A stretch of 41,977 bases of DNA from Chiloscyllium plagiosum (taxonomy: Eukaryota): assembly GCF_004010195.1 (NCBI RefSeq), contig NC_057749.1, forward strand, positions 26,090,599 to 26,132,575, given 5' to 3'. The translations under genes were made by a program, and so were the position numbers. Positions 12,730 to 24,645 of the stretch are shown one piece after another. Numbering within the stretch: position 1 is the stretch's first letter; each line of letters starts with the position of its first letter. Under the pieces are notes generated by a model. It searched no databases. It saw only the letters and a program-made list of their open reading frames with translations, and was not told the origin of the DNA.

Positions 12730-13220
12730 GAGGTTAGCATGTACCTCATCCTTGACCAGGCCAACATCCCCAGCACCGATGGGCACGTCATCCCCATGAC
12801 CGACATAAGGCTCCCTGAGCAGGTGCTCTACTCCCAGCTCCGGAGCAGCAGGCCAGCCCCAGGTGGGACAGATAAAGGGCCTCAGGGATACCCTCAAGGC
12901 CTCACTGGGGAAGTGCAGCATTCCCACAGACACCTGGGAATCACTGGCCCTAGACCGTCCCAAAGTGGAAGAGGAGATCCAGGAAGGCATCGAGCACCTG
13001 GGGACATGCCATCGGGAAAAAGCGTAAGCCGGGAGTGAAACAGAAAATGGAGTGCGCTGCCACACCAAAGCCCCACTATTCCCTTCCCGTGACCACCTTC
13101 TATCCCCAGCGTAACAGAGTCTGTGGTGGCTGCATTGGTATGTACAGCCACCTACAGACTCACCCCAAGAGTGGGAAAGGGTCATCCCCATCTCTGAGGG
13201 AGCACTGATGACGGATGATG
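12730..13220 (+). mobile_element. RTE-clade LINE 3' fragment
   Basis: ILDQANIPS…GHVIPMTDIRLPEQVLYSQL…APGG, then after a frameshift DTLKASL…IPTDTWESLALDRPKWK; typical RTE ORF C-terminus. Confidence 0.85.
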
Positions 13221-13891
13221 ACACACCAAAGGCAGTGAACAAAGGAGAATAGGGTGAACAGAGAGGAGAGTGGGGCCAAAGTGCAGGGTTGGTGAGGGCA
13301 GAAGTGAATGGGGTGAACTACGAGCCAACAAGTGGAGGAGAGTGTGATGGAGCAAATAAGATGGTGTGGATTCTGGAGCCAGGGAGTCTAAGGGCTGTGG
13401 AGAATGGACCAATGATGGGGTTAATGAGGGAAATTGAGAACAGAGTGGAGAATGGGGTAATGAGGAAAGTGGAGAGTAGGACAGCAAGTGGGCAATGAGG
13501 GGATGGAGGAATGAGGTAGCAAGTGGGTGGATTGGAGAATGGCTTGTAGAATGAGACAATGACAGGGAGAGAGTAACAACTGGGCATGCCATTTATGGTT
13601 CAGGTTCAAACTTCAAGTCCTGATACAAAATAACAACATCAGCAACACTGACTTCCTGCTTCAGTGCATTAGCAGGAGACAACTGTTGTGATATTCCATA
13701 TCCGTCTGCCTTTCATCATGAAAGAAATACTTGCAATGAGATACCTGCTTTCAGGACCCAGAAGCTCTTTACAGATGATGCAGTATTCCTCAAACACAGA
13801 CATTACCATGACTTGGCATGCACAACAATCAATCAACCCTCAAAATATATTAAGAAGATACTTTAGACCCTAGCTTTAATGACTCTATGAC

Positions 13892-14457
13892 TGTAAGGCA
13901 TTGTGTTTCAGATGCAATTCAATTGGTCAAACTACCAGGCTTGAAACAAAACACGCTTTGTTCTTACACTATAATTAAATACAGACAAAATGGAAAATAA
14001 AAGCAAAAATTTAGCTTAACTGTAACTGTATTAAAATGCTTAACAAAGTAATACATTTATTAACAACTACTGATTAACTGTTCCAATATAGTAACATCCC
14101 ATAACACACACCCTTGGCAAAGGCAAATTCAGTAAAATAATTATCTCACATATAATTCTAGCAGGAGGAAAAGAACCCCAGCTTTTAGCTGTAACAGAGA
14201 GAAGAATAGGGGCTTCCATATCCAGCTTCAAGACCTCAGCAACTGCAACTGAAGGCTAAAACTAAAAGGAAATCCTGATTCCATGGGGAGCTTGAGCCCA
14301 CCCATTCAGTGTGCTTCTATTGTTTCAACTTTTAGAAAGAAAACCAAGGCCTTACACGCTGTTTATTTGCTTTGGAACAGTCTGCTCAACTCCTTTGTCT
14401 CAACCTGTCATCAAAACCAGGACAAAATGCACCTCTTAAAGCCATACTATCGCCACA
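13892..14457 (-). mobile_element. putative solo LTR
   Basis: TGT…ACA ends, non-coding, LTR-like size; no convincing TSD. Confidence 0.4.
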
Positions 14458-14579
14458 ATTTATACACAGGAAGCTCTTACAAAACCACTTTGTACTCATG
14501 ACCAGCTGATCTGTTTTTGTGATGTTAATTGGGGCATAACTAATAGATCACCAAGTATAAGTCCTCTGCATTTTCTCAA

Positions 14580-14953
14580 AATATGGGAGATAATGTTGCT
14601 GCTGTACAGAACATTGATTAGACCACTTTTGGAATATTGCCTTCAATTCTGGTCTCTGCATTGGAAAGATGATGTTGAAATTGAAAAGGTTCAGAAAAGA
14701 TTCACAAGGATGTTGTCAGTACTAGAAGGTTTGAACTATAGGGAGAGGCTGATTAGACTGGGGCTATTTTCCTTGGAGTGTCGGGGGCTGAGGGGTGATC
14801 TCATAGAGGTTTATAAAATCATGAAAGGCATGGATAGGGTAAATGGGCAAGATCCTTTCCCCAGGGTAGGGGAGTCCAGAATTAAAAGGCATAGGTTTAA
14901 GATGAGAGGGGAAATATTTAAAAGGACCTAAAGGGGCAACTTTTTCATGCAGA
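14580..14953 (+). mobile_element. CR1 LINE ORF2 fragment
   Basis: LLLYRTLIRPLLEYCLQFWS…IEKVQKRFTRML…RGDLIEVYKIMKG. Confidence 0.9.
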
Positions 14954-15011
14954 CTCTAAATGTTGTAAATTGTACCAACTTTATGTTCTCTCCTCCAGTT
15001 TGAGCCATCTA

Positions 15012-15285
15012 GCATGGAAACAGACCTTTCGGTTCAATCCATCTATGCCGACCAGGTTTCCCAAATTGAACTACTCCTATTTGCCCGCACTTGGCCCATA
15101 TCCCCCGAAACCTTTCCTATCCATGTAGCTGTCCAAATACTTCTTACATGTTGTAATTGTACCAGTCTCTACACTTCTGCCACCTTTGGGCCATTTCCTG
15201 ATGAAGGGCTTTTGCCCGAAACATCGAATCTCCTGCTCCTCGGATGCTGCCTGACCTGCTGTGTTTTTCCAGCACCACTCTCTAG
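15012..15285. mobile_element. CR1 3' end (minus, ~15012-15167) adjoining a PLE tail (plus, ~15194-15285)
   Basis: AGCATGGAAACAGACC start of the reversed CR1 tail; CCTGATGAAGGGCTTTTGCCCGAAAC PLE tail. Confidence 0.7.
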
Positions 15286-15521
15286 ATTATAGAACACAAA
15301 CATTTTCTCCAATTAGTATGTACTTTTAACTGGGCCTTTATCCCTTTAAGAAACTTACTGTGAAACAGCACATATGTGAAATTAAATGAATGAAAGAAAC
15401 TCGCATCAGCAAATAGTAAACAAATTTCAACCCAGCTGCAGTAACCAGTTTAATATCTTTTATTCTTTTATTATGTACAGGCACAATTTCTAATTTACTT
15501 AGAGCATATAGGTCTAACATT

Positions 15522-15883
15522 TGTTATCGAACATTTACTAACTAAAAAGGCAAAAGGACTAACACCTCTTAATTATGCAAACAGACAGGACAGACACTCT
15601 TAATCCCATCAGGAGTAGCAACCAGCATTTGGCATGTTTTAATCCACCTCCTGTCTCCCAGGACAAAGCCCCTCCAACCTTTGTGTGCTATTAGATAAAA
15701 CAATGCAACACTATAGTAATAGAATTTTAATATATGTAAGAACTGTGTATAAAAAGGTTACCGTAAGGACGGTATTTCAGGATTCTCTTGCCATCTTGAA
15801 TTTGTACTACTTGCAGTTGCTGAATAAAGGAGGCTATTTTCACCACTCGTCAATTTTGATTGTGATTTGAACACAATCCTACA
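15522..15883 (+). mobile_element. putative solo LTR (~360 bp)
   Basis: TGT…ACA termini, internal TATAAAA (~15748) followed by AATAAA (~15823), flanks ACATT/ACACT (4 of 5 matching, TSD-like). Confidence 0.55.
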
Positions 15884-15916
15884 ACACTGCCATAGGTTAT
15901 CTTATATTCAAAGAAG

Positions 15917-16235
15917 GGGTGGCACAGTGGCTCAGTAGCTAGCACTGCTACCTCACAGCACCAGGGACCCAGGTTCATTTACTGCCTTGGGTGACTGTCT
16001 GTGTGGAGTTTGCACGTTCTCTCTGTGTGGGACCCCTCTGGGTGCTCCGTTTTCCTCCCACAATCCAAAGATGTGCAGGTTAGGTGAATTGGCTGTGCTA
16101 GATTGCCCATAGTGTTAGGTGCATTAGTGTGGGGTAAACATAGAGTAGGGGTCTGGGTGGGTTACTCTTCAGAGGGTTGGTGTGGATTTGTTGGGCTAAA
16201 GGGCCTGTTTCCATACTGTAGAGAAATCTAATCTA
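15917..16235 (+). mobile_element. HE1-like tRNA-derived SINE
   Basis: A-box-like GTGGCTCAGTAG, B-box-like GGTTCA, conserved core, AATCT-type tail. Confidence 0.85.
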
Positions 16236-16502
16236 AAAGGTGTTTGCCTTCTTCTTCACTTACAACAACTGCTCTGAAGTGTCATTATGGACTAGTCCTG
16301 GTCCTTGGAGTAGAACTCGAACCCATTTGATTTGATTCATTTTTGTCACATGCACTAAGATACAGGGAGAAGAATTGCTTTGCTTGCTATACAGACAGAT
16401 TATACCATTGTTGTGAGTAAATCACCACAACTTACCTTTAATTCAGTTACTTATTAAGAAATTTCACAAACAATGAAATACTGAAACAATAATTTTAAAT
16501 TT

Positions 16503-16990
16503 AGAGTCATAGAGATGTACAGCATGGAAACAGGCCCTTCAGCCCAACTTGCCTACGCTACCCAAGTTTCACATTTTAAACTAATCCCATTTGCCCGCTA
16601 TTGGCCCATATCCCTGCAGACCTATCCCATCCCATGTACCCATCCAACTGTTTCTTAAATGATGAAACTGTACTCACTTTCACCACCCCCTCTGGCAACC
16701 CATTCCTGATGCCAGTGTTCCACCCAAAGCCATCCCTCTACCCAATTGCTGTAACCCTGTGTTTCACATGGTGAATCCACCCGCAAATCCCTGGAGACTG
16801 TGGGCAGTTTAGCACTTCCGATCCACCTAACCTGCACATCTTTGGAATGTGAGAGGAAACCAGAGCACCCGGAGGCAATCCACACACACACACAGAGGGA
16901 AAACATGCAAACTCCACACAAACAGTTGCCTGAGGAAGGAGTTGAACCCAGGTCCCTGAAATTCTGTTCTGGCCATCTCACTTCCTGTCC
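16503..16990 (-). mobile_element. CR1 tail fused to an HE1-like SINE body
   Basis: AGAGTCATAGAGATGTACAGCATGGAAACAGG tail, then GGAAACCAGAGCACCCGGAGG…CAAACTCCACAC SINE core. Confidence 0.7.
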
Positions 16991-18599
16991 ATGAAACCCA
17001 GGGAAAAAAAATCATCTGGGTTACTAACGCCTTTCAGGGAAGGAAGGTGTTATCCTTACCTGCTCTGGCCTACATGTCCTCTAGGCAATTAGGAATGGGC
17101 AATAAATGCTAATGATGCCCACATTACATGAATGGATAACAAAAACAAAAAAAATAATTTTGTTGACATGCAATTTTATTCTTGTGTTAATTTTAGACAT
17201 TTAAAGATAGGTAAGGTCAGGCTGCTTTCATTATCAATGGCATGGTCATAGCTAGTGACAATTAAGATTAAAGTATAACATAACACTTCAAACAAATTGG
17301 ATTATAATCTTTGTCTCTCAAGATTGTTAGACAAACAAATATCTCACACATTTAACATTGGAAACTTTAATATGCATTCCTCTGCCTTAGGCAAAGCCGA
17401 TCCAGAGATCACTTTTAGCATCAGAGAGAGTAGCAGCTCCTCCTTGTCGATAGACCTATCTGAAATTTGAAATCATATACATTTGGCTAAAGCCTGAGCT
17501 TGTGCAATTTGTGTGAATGTAACGTGGTGATGTAAAACAGACTGATCAGGGGCTGGTATCACAAAGAGAATTTGCAGCAGGTTACAAATTCTCGACTGGC
17601 TCGGAGGCAGCTCAGGAACTAATGTTTTATACCCCTTAGAAAGGCAACAGTAATTATATGAAAAAGAAACAAAGAATTGTGGATGCTGGAAGTCAAAAAC
17701 AGTTCTGAAGCAGGGTCACTGAATGTGAAATGTTAGCTCCATTTTCTCTCCACGTGTGTTGTCAGACCTGTTGAGTTTTACCAGCAATAATTTATGGTCT
17801 ATTTATCTATCTCTTGACAAAGATTTAGGGTTATGTGCAAAGAGGCATGGTGAGTATGAAAGCTTTGATCTGGAGTGTCAGAAGTTAAAGCATTAATAAA
17901 TCAATTGACTTTCCCTGCACTGGAATGGCCCTGCTCACTCCTTGTACAAGTGACAGTACTGCATTGAGGCTCAGTCATGGAATCCCTACAGTCTGGAAAC
18001 AGGCCATTTGGCCCCCACTGACCTCCAAAGAGTATCCTACCCCTCATTTCCCATGGCCGGTCCACCTAATCTACACATCCTTAGACTTTGGGTGGAAATG
18101 AGAGCACCTAGAGCAAACGCACAAACTCCACACAGTTGCCCAAGGGGGGAATTGAACCAGGGTCCCTGTAACTCTGAGATAGCAGTGCTAACCATGGAGC
18201 CAGTCTACTGGAAGGTGTCCTTTTGTAATCTCTTGGTGAAGCTGAATTAGACTTTGACATTTACACACAATATATTAATTATTACAAAGCCAGGCATTAT
18301 AATGCAAAACAACTGCCTTTATTGGGAGAAAATCTCTGACCAAGTTTTAAAGAGACTAAAACAGCAAGCTGTTAGGATGGCCATATTATGGCATTGGGTG
18401 GCAGCATCTGAAGATGAGTCATGCCAGACTCGAACCATTAACTTTATTCATCTTGCTGCCAGACTTGCTGAGTTTCTCCAGCATTGTGAATTTGTTTCAG
18501 TTTTCCAGCAGTGTTTTGCCTTTATTGTATTACTGATTATTTGCTGTCTTAATTTCCATTTTGCTCATTTCTAACCTTCAAATAAACTTTCCTGTTTGT

Positions 18600-20850
18600 G
18601 TGGTGGTTGAAGTTTCAGTGGGGGATTGTTTTGGCAAAAGTGATCACAACTCTGTAAGGTTTCGAGTACTCATGGAACAGATGAGAGTGGTTCTAAAGGA
18701 AGAGTGTTAAATTTGGGGAAGGCCAATACAGTCAACTTCACAGGAGTTGGCGAATGTGAATTGGGAGCAGCTATTTGAGGGCAGCTATTTAAGGTGGGAG
18801 GCTTTTAAGGAGAGGCTAATTAGAGTGCAGGACAGAAATGTCCCTGTGAAAATGAGAGATAGAAATGGCATGATTAGAGAACCGTGGATGACAGGTGAAA
18901 TTCTTAGACTAGCTCAGAGGGAAAAGGAAGCATCCATAAGGTCTAGGTGACTGAAAACAGAAAAAGCTTTGGAAGAATATCAGGAAGGTAGGACCAATCT
19001 GAAACAAGGAATTAAGGGGGCTAAAAGGAGTCATGAAATATGTTTAGCAAACAGAGTTAAGGAAAATCCCAAAGTCTTTTACTTGTATATAAGGAGCAAG
19101 AGGGTAACTAGAGAAAGGGTTGGTTTTTATAGAAAGTTCTTTGTTTCTTTTCATATATTACTGTTGCCTTTCTAAGGAGTATAAAATATCTGGAAGTTCC
19201 TGAGCTGTCTCCTGAGTCAATCGTGAATTCATAACCTGCTGCAAAATTCTCTTTGTGATACCAGTTCCCGAAAGGAGGAAAGTTATGTGTGGAGTCAGAG
19301 AAAATGAGTGAGATTCTTAATGAGCACTTTGCATCGGTATTCACCAAGGTGAGGACATGACGGATGTTGAGGTTAGGGATAGATGTTTGATTACTCTAGA
19401 TGAAGTTGGCATAAGGAGGATAAAGTGTTGGGGTATTCGAAAAGGCATCAAGGTGGACAAGTCCCTAGTCCGGATGGGATCTACCCTAGGTTACTGAAGG
19501 AAACAAGACAGGAAATAGCTGGAGCCTTAAGAGGTATCTTTGCAGCATCCTTAAACACGGTGAGGTTCTGGAGGACTGGAGAATGACTAATGTTGTCACT
19601 TTGTTTAAGAAGAGTAGAAAGGATAATCCAGATAATTATAGACCAGTGAGCCTGATGTCAGTGGTAAGGAAGCTGCTGGAGAAGATACTGAGGGATAGGA
19701 TCTATTCCCATTTGGAAGAAAATGGGCTTATCAGTGATAGGCAACATGGTTTTGTGCAGGGAAGGTCATGTCTTTTCCAACTTAATAGAATTCTTTGAGG
19801 AAGTGATAAAGCTGATTGATGAGGGAAGGGCTGTAGATGTCATTAGTATGGACTTCAGTAAGGTGTTGATAAGGTTCTCCAATGTAGGCTGATGGAGAAG
19901 TGAAGTTGCATGGGATCCAAGGTGTACTAGCTAGATGGATAGAGAACTGGCTGCACAATATGAGACAGAGAGTAGTAGTGGAAGGGAGTTTCTCAAAATG
20001 GAGAACTGTGACCATTGGTGTTCCACAGGGATCCATGCTGCGGCCACTGTTGTTTGTGATATACATAAATGATTTGGAAGAAGGTATAGATGGTCTGATT
20101 AGTTTGCAGATGACACTAAGATTGGTGGAGGAGCAGATAGTGAAGGGGACTGTCAGAGAATACAACAGAATATGGATAGATTGGAGAGTTGGGCGGAGAA
20201 ATGGCAAATGCAGTTTAATCTAGGCGAATGCGAGGTGATTTATTTCAGAAGATCCCTGAAATGGAAAAGCTCTGAGGAAAACTGATGTACAGAGATCTGG
20301 GTGTTCAGGTCCATTCTACCCTGAAGGTGGCAACACAGGTCAATTGATTGGTCAAGAAGGCATATGGCATGCTTTTCTTCATCGGATGGGGTATTGAGTA
20401 CAAGAATTGGTAGATCATGTTACAATTGTATAGGACTTTGGTTTAGCCACATTTGGAATACTGCGTACAGTTCTGGTTGCCACGTTACTGAAAGGATGTG
20501 GATGCTTTGGAGAGGGTGCAGAGGAGGTTCATCAGGATGTTGCCTGGTATGGAGGGTGCTAGCTATGAAGAGAGGTCGAGTAGGTTAGGATTATTTTCAT
20601 TAGAAAGACGAAGGTTGAGGGGGGACATGATTGAGGTCTACAAAATCATGAGAGGTGTAGACAGGGTGGATAGCAAGAAGCTTTTTCCCAGAGTGGGGGA
20701 CTCAATTGCGACAGGTCAGGAGTTCAAGATGAGAGGGGTAAAGTTTAAGGGAAATATACGTTGAAAGTTCTTTATGCAGAGGGTGGTGGGTGCCTGGAAC
20801 CCCTTGCCAGTGGAGGTGGTAGAGGCGGGCACGATAGCATCACTCAAGAT
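18600..20850 (+). mobile_element. long CR1 (HER1-like) LINE ORF2 remnant with RT domain (pseudogenised)
   Basis: NVVTLFKK…DNYRPVSLMS…QHGFVQGRSC; GVPQGSMLRPLLFVIYINDL; LERVQRRFIRMLPG; multiple frameshifts and stops; interrupted at ~19125-19270. Confidence 0.95.
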
Positions 20851-21605
20851 TCTGAAAAGTCCTTAATTAAATGACACTGTGTGGAATGTCCTTCCTTGAA
20901 TGGACAGGGTTAGGCAATTAGATCTCAGGAATTCACGTCTTCTATTATCTATGGATTTACCAACACTCAAAATTGATGGACTGCTAGATACATTGTATAC
21001 TCAGTTGGAATTTAAAGAGAGGACTAGAAGTAGGTGTGAACAGTGAACTCCCCATGGTGGAGCAAGGATTTAATATCACAGAAGTAGGTGTGAACAGTGA
21101 ACTCCCCATGGTGGAGCAATGGTTTTCAACTTCACCTGTTTCTGTAAATATTAGAGGTGGATGATTAGTTAGTTACCTGTTTAAAACTGATTTTACATAA
21201 CCAATCTTACTTACTTCAAGCAGCAAGGAGATACAGCCAGTCTGGAATTGAACAGACGATCCCAGCATTGGCTTCCCTCTCACTCTCTACCTATGAGCTT
21301 GAACACTGTCCACTGTTTTTGACAATGTGTGTACTGCAAAGCAGAAACATTTTTTGAGGAACTCAATATGGCAGCTGCTATCTCCAGAACAATTGATAAG
21401 TCATCTGTCTATATCTAAATGATATTGGTATAACTAGATAATTTATACCAATGATCCTCTTTATTTCCTCTTTATTGGACTTTGAAATTATTCCTTAATC
21501 TATCCCTTTACTTTGTAAACTATTTTTTGCGTGAAATTGTGAAACTGAATGTGTGAAAATGCGCACAAGTTGGAGCATTTTATTTATTTTTGACTCTGTT
21601 AAATA

Positions 21606-21785
21606 CATTTCGTTACCCTACCAGGTAACATCTTCAGTAGGCCTCAGGCAAAGCAATGCTGAAAATTCCTGCTTAATAAATAGAAAGCAGGAATTTTCAG
21701 CATTGCTTCGTATGAGGCCCACTGAAGGTTAACGAAATGTCTGGAAATGAATCTTCCAGCTCAGCGAGCAAACCTATATCCAAAC
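21606..21785. mobile_element. PLE-derived inverted-repeat insertion (third subfamily)
   Basis: Perfect 24-bp arms 21651-21674 and 21685-21708 extend imperfectly outward; hammerhead-like CTGAAGA…GAAA on the minus arm. Confidence 0.6.
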
Positions 21786-22779
21786 ATATTAAATGTGAAT
21801 TATCTCCCAGCAATTCACTGGGGAAAGAAACAATTATGATGGTTGAAGATCTTAAGTGTGGTTAAGTAATTATATCAGAGACCACTGTGGAATTTATTTA
21901 CTTTAACTGGAAGGATTCATTTGAAAAGTTCATTTATTTCCATTTGCTTATATTAAAAATGGTTTCCGAATTAAACTAAACAATGCTGGTTGGCAACATT
22001 CACACCTGATCTGCAAGTAACCTCTGAGATCCTTTGTCCTTAACAATGGGCTGAATGCATCATGACGTCTGTACCACTTTGCGCTGTTCAACAACATGGT
22101 ACCTTGGAGAATGTTGGCCTTACAAGGCGACCAGGTTAACTCATTAATAGCAAGAAGATTGCAGGGGAGAGATTAAGACAGCAACTGGGAGATAGGGATG
22201 ATAGACAAGACCAGGTGGAGCAGACACCTTGCCTCTTTGATATCTGTAACAGAGATAGTTTGTTTAATGTAAGTCTATAACAGACCATGTTGGAATTCAA
22301 GTAATGTAGAAATACTTGATGATTTCTGGAATGGGTAGATGCCTGTTTCAGAATCTTTCTGAAGGAGAATTTTCCCAACATGTTGGCAAAGTAAATGATT
22401 GCAACCTGCACCTGACACTATTTCATGCAATCATTTATCACAACAGCATCAACCTCAATTTTTGTGTTTTATATGTTGTTTTTACAGCATACCAGCAGAA
22501 TTTGTTTTATTTATTCATGGGATGTGGCCATCACTGGCCGGGAAGTATTTATTGCCTGCTATCAATTGCCCAGAGGGCAGTTATGAGTCAACCACATTGC
22601 TGTGGGTCTGGAGTCACATGTAGCTCCAAACAGGTAAGGATGGCAGTTTCCTTCCCTAAAGGACATTAGTGAACCAGATGGACTTTTCCAACAATCGACA
22701 ATTGTTTCATGGTCATCGTTAGACTCTTAATTCCAGATATTTATTGAATTCAATTTTCACCATCTGCCATGCTGGGTCT

Positions 22780-23090
22780 CATACACACACTCTCGCATTC
22801 ACACAGTCTCACAGGCATATACTCCCTCATACTCACGGACACTGTCTGTCAAGCACACACATGCATGCTCTCACACACATATGTTCCCTCACACTCACAC
22901 ACACTCCCTCTCAAGCACACACACACTACCCCCCTCTCTCAAGAGCACGTACATGCGCACACACACAGTCCCTCTATCTCACCCCCCCCCCCCACACACA
23001 CACACACACCTTCTTGCACACATGCACTCTGTCCCCCAATACACACTTGTGTATGCATATGCGCGTACACACACATACACACACATAAAG
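22780..23090. repeat. (CA)-rich low-complexity tract
   Basis: Imperfect CA/CT repeats; source of the His/Thr-rich spurious ORFs. Confidence 0.9.
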
Positions 23091-24255
23091 CATACAAGCT
23101 GTAATCAGTCAGTCAGTGTGGCATTCTATAAATTCTTACTTTGGAAATAAGACCAGTCTGACTCTTGGATGAGGTACAAACAGACTGAAACATGGCCTCA
23201 TACCTAAAATGCATCATCTGATCTAAGGTGTTACCTTTATTCTGAAGCTATCTTGGGGCAGGGATTTGAATATTAATCAATCGAAACCTGCATCTCCATT
23301 CTAATTGATTAAATACTTAATAGCCATCTTGATTTGTTCAATACGTTCGCAGGTTTATTGAGCTGGCTGCTCAATAAACTCACAGGTTGTTTTTGGGATC
23401 GTCCCATCCCAAAAACAACCCGCTGTCTGCATTAAAATTCCCCCTTAATGTCACCTTATGTTTCAAATGTTCTGATAACGCTCCTGCAAAAACACCGTAG
23501 ACAAATGAAAATGTTTGTCCTAAACACTGCCTTCACCTCAAAGGATAAAAATGCACTCACCTTATTGATAATAAGGAACCACAACAGCTCAGGTTCAACT
23601 CATAGTTTCTGCCCTCATGACATTGGCTGGTCCAAGTCTGTGTATTTAAGGAAAAATTCCACTGTCTTAAAATGAATATTCTCCTCATTTGTACAAGACA
23701 GCAATGTATTCTGATAAATAACTATCTATGCCCTGACTTGGCATACTTGTGTGTCATCTAATGTAATGTTATGCAAATAAAAATTTTGGGCTGTGTCTGT
23801 TTGATCCACCACAAGGAACACAGTGTCAGAAGCGTGTGGCCAGGGCAGAGTGGATTTTCATAGCAGTCAGTTGTAAAAGAAAGACAGAGCATAATTACAA
23901 TTTCAAGTCTGCTATTTTGTCCAGGATGAGTCATTACGACTTTGAATTTTCCAGCACTTGGCAGAAGGGACATTTGAGTGAATTGGAAATTCTCATTATC
24001 CTAATGACAGAATTTTGACATTGCTACAGAATCAAAGAAAAAAAAAGAGTAACATCTGTGGTCAGTGTTGGGAAGAAACATTACAAGCTATATTGCATCT
24101 TTGACCTGACTGAGGTATCAAAAAAATAACTGGTAACATTCTGAACAATCACTTTGATCCCCGTACTAATGTCACAGTGAACAGTATATTTTTAATACAA
24201 ACGCTCAGTAAGAGAAGCAAAGTATGTCCATGTAGTGATTGGAACCAGGTGGATC

Positions 24256-24493
24256 TTTTTTTTCTTTTTTTTTCTTTTTTTCTTTCTTTTTTTTCATTAA
24301 ATCCCCACACTACCACCTAAGTGCGGTAGTGCTTATTTTATCCCCAGCACCCATGGTGTGTGTGTGTGTGCAGGTGTGAGACACAGTGAAAGACACAAAG
24401 TGCACGAATCTTTATTCAAATTCCACCACCAGGAAGATAGGAAAACACCCGGGTGGCCAGTGACAAACACTGCCCTTCACATCAAAGGGCAGT
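24256..24493 (-). mobile_element. Tx1-like LINE 3'UTR (family A), 5'-truncated, poly(A)-tailed
   Basis: Reverse-complement match to the array units at 31451-33890; poly(T) 24256-24294; TSD AACC(A/G)GGTGGATCTT at 24243-24257 and 24494-24508. Confidence 0.8.
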
Positions 24494-24645
24494 AACCGGG
24501 TGGATCTTATTGATTATCCTTAATTGGGGTTGTTAACCTGGGACAACAAGAAGCCCTGCCTGACATATATGAACATGAGATTCAGAATCTCATCATGTCA
24601 GGGACTGACTCTGTGCTGGCTGGGCTACAGTCAGTGTGTTACTGT

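Noticed and set aside
22744..23150. His/Thr-rich ORFs; also Pro/Ser/Leu-rich ORFs at 8676-9203 and 13182-13609
   Set aside because: They arise from low-complexity or minisatellite DNA.
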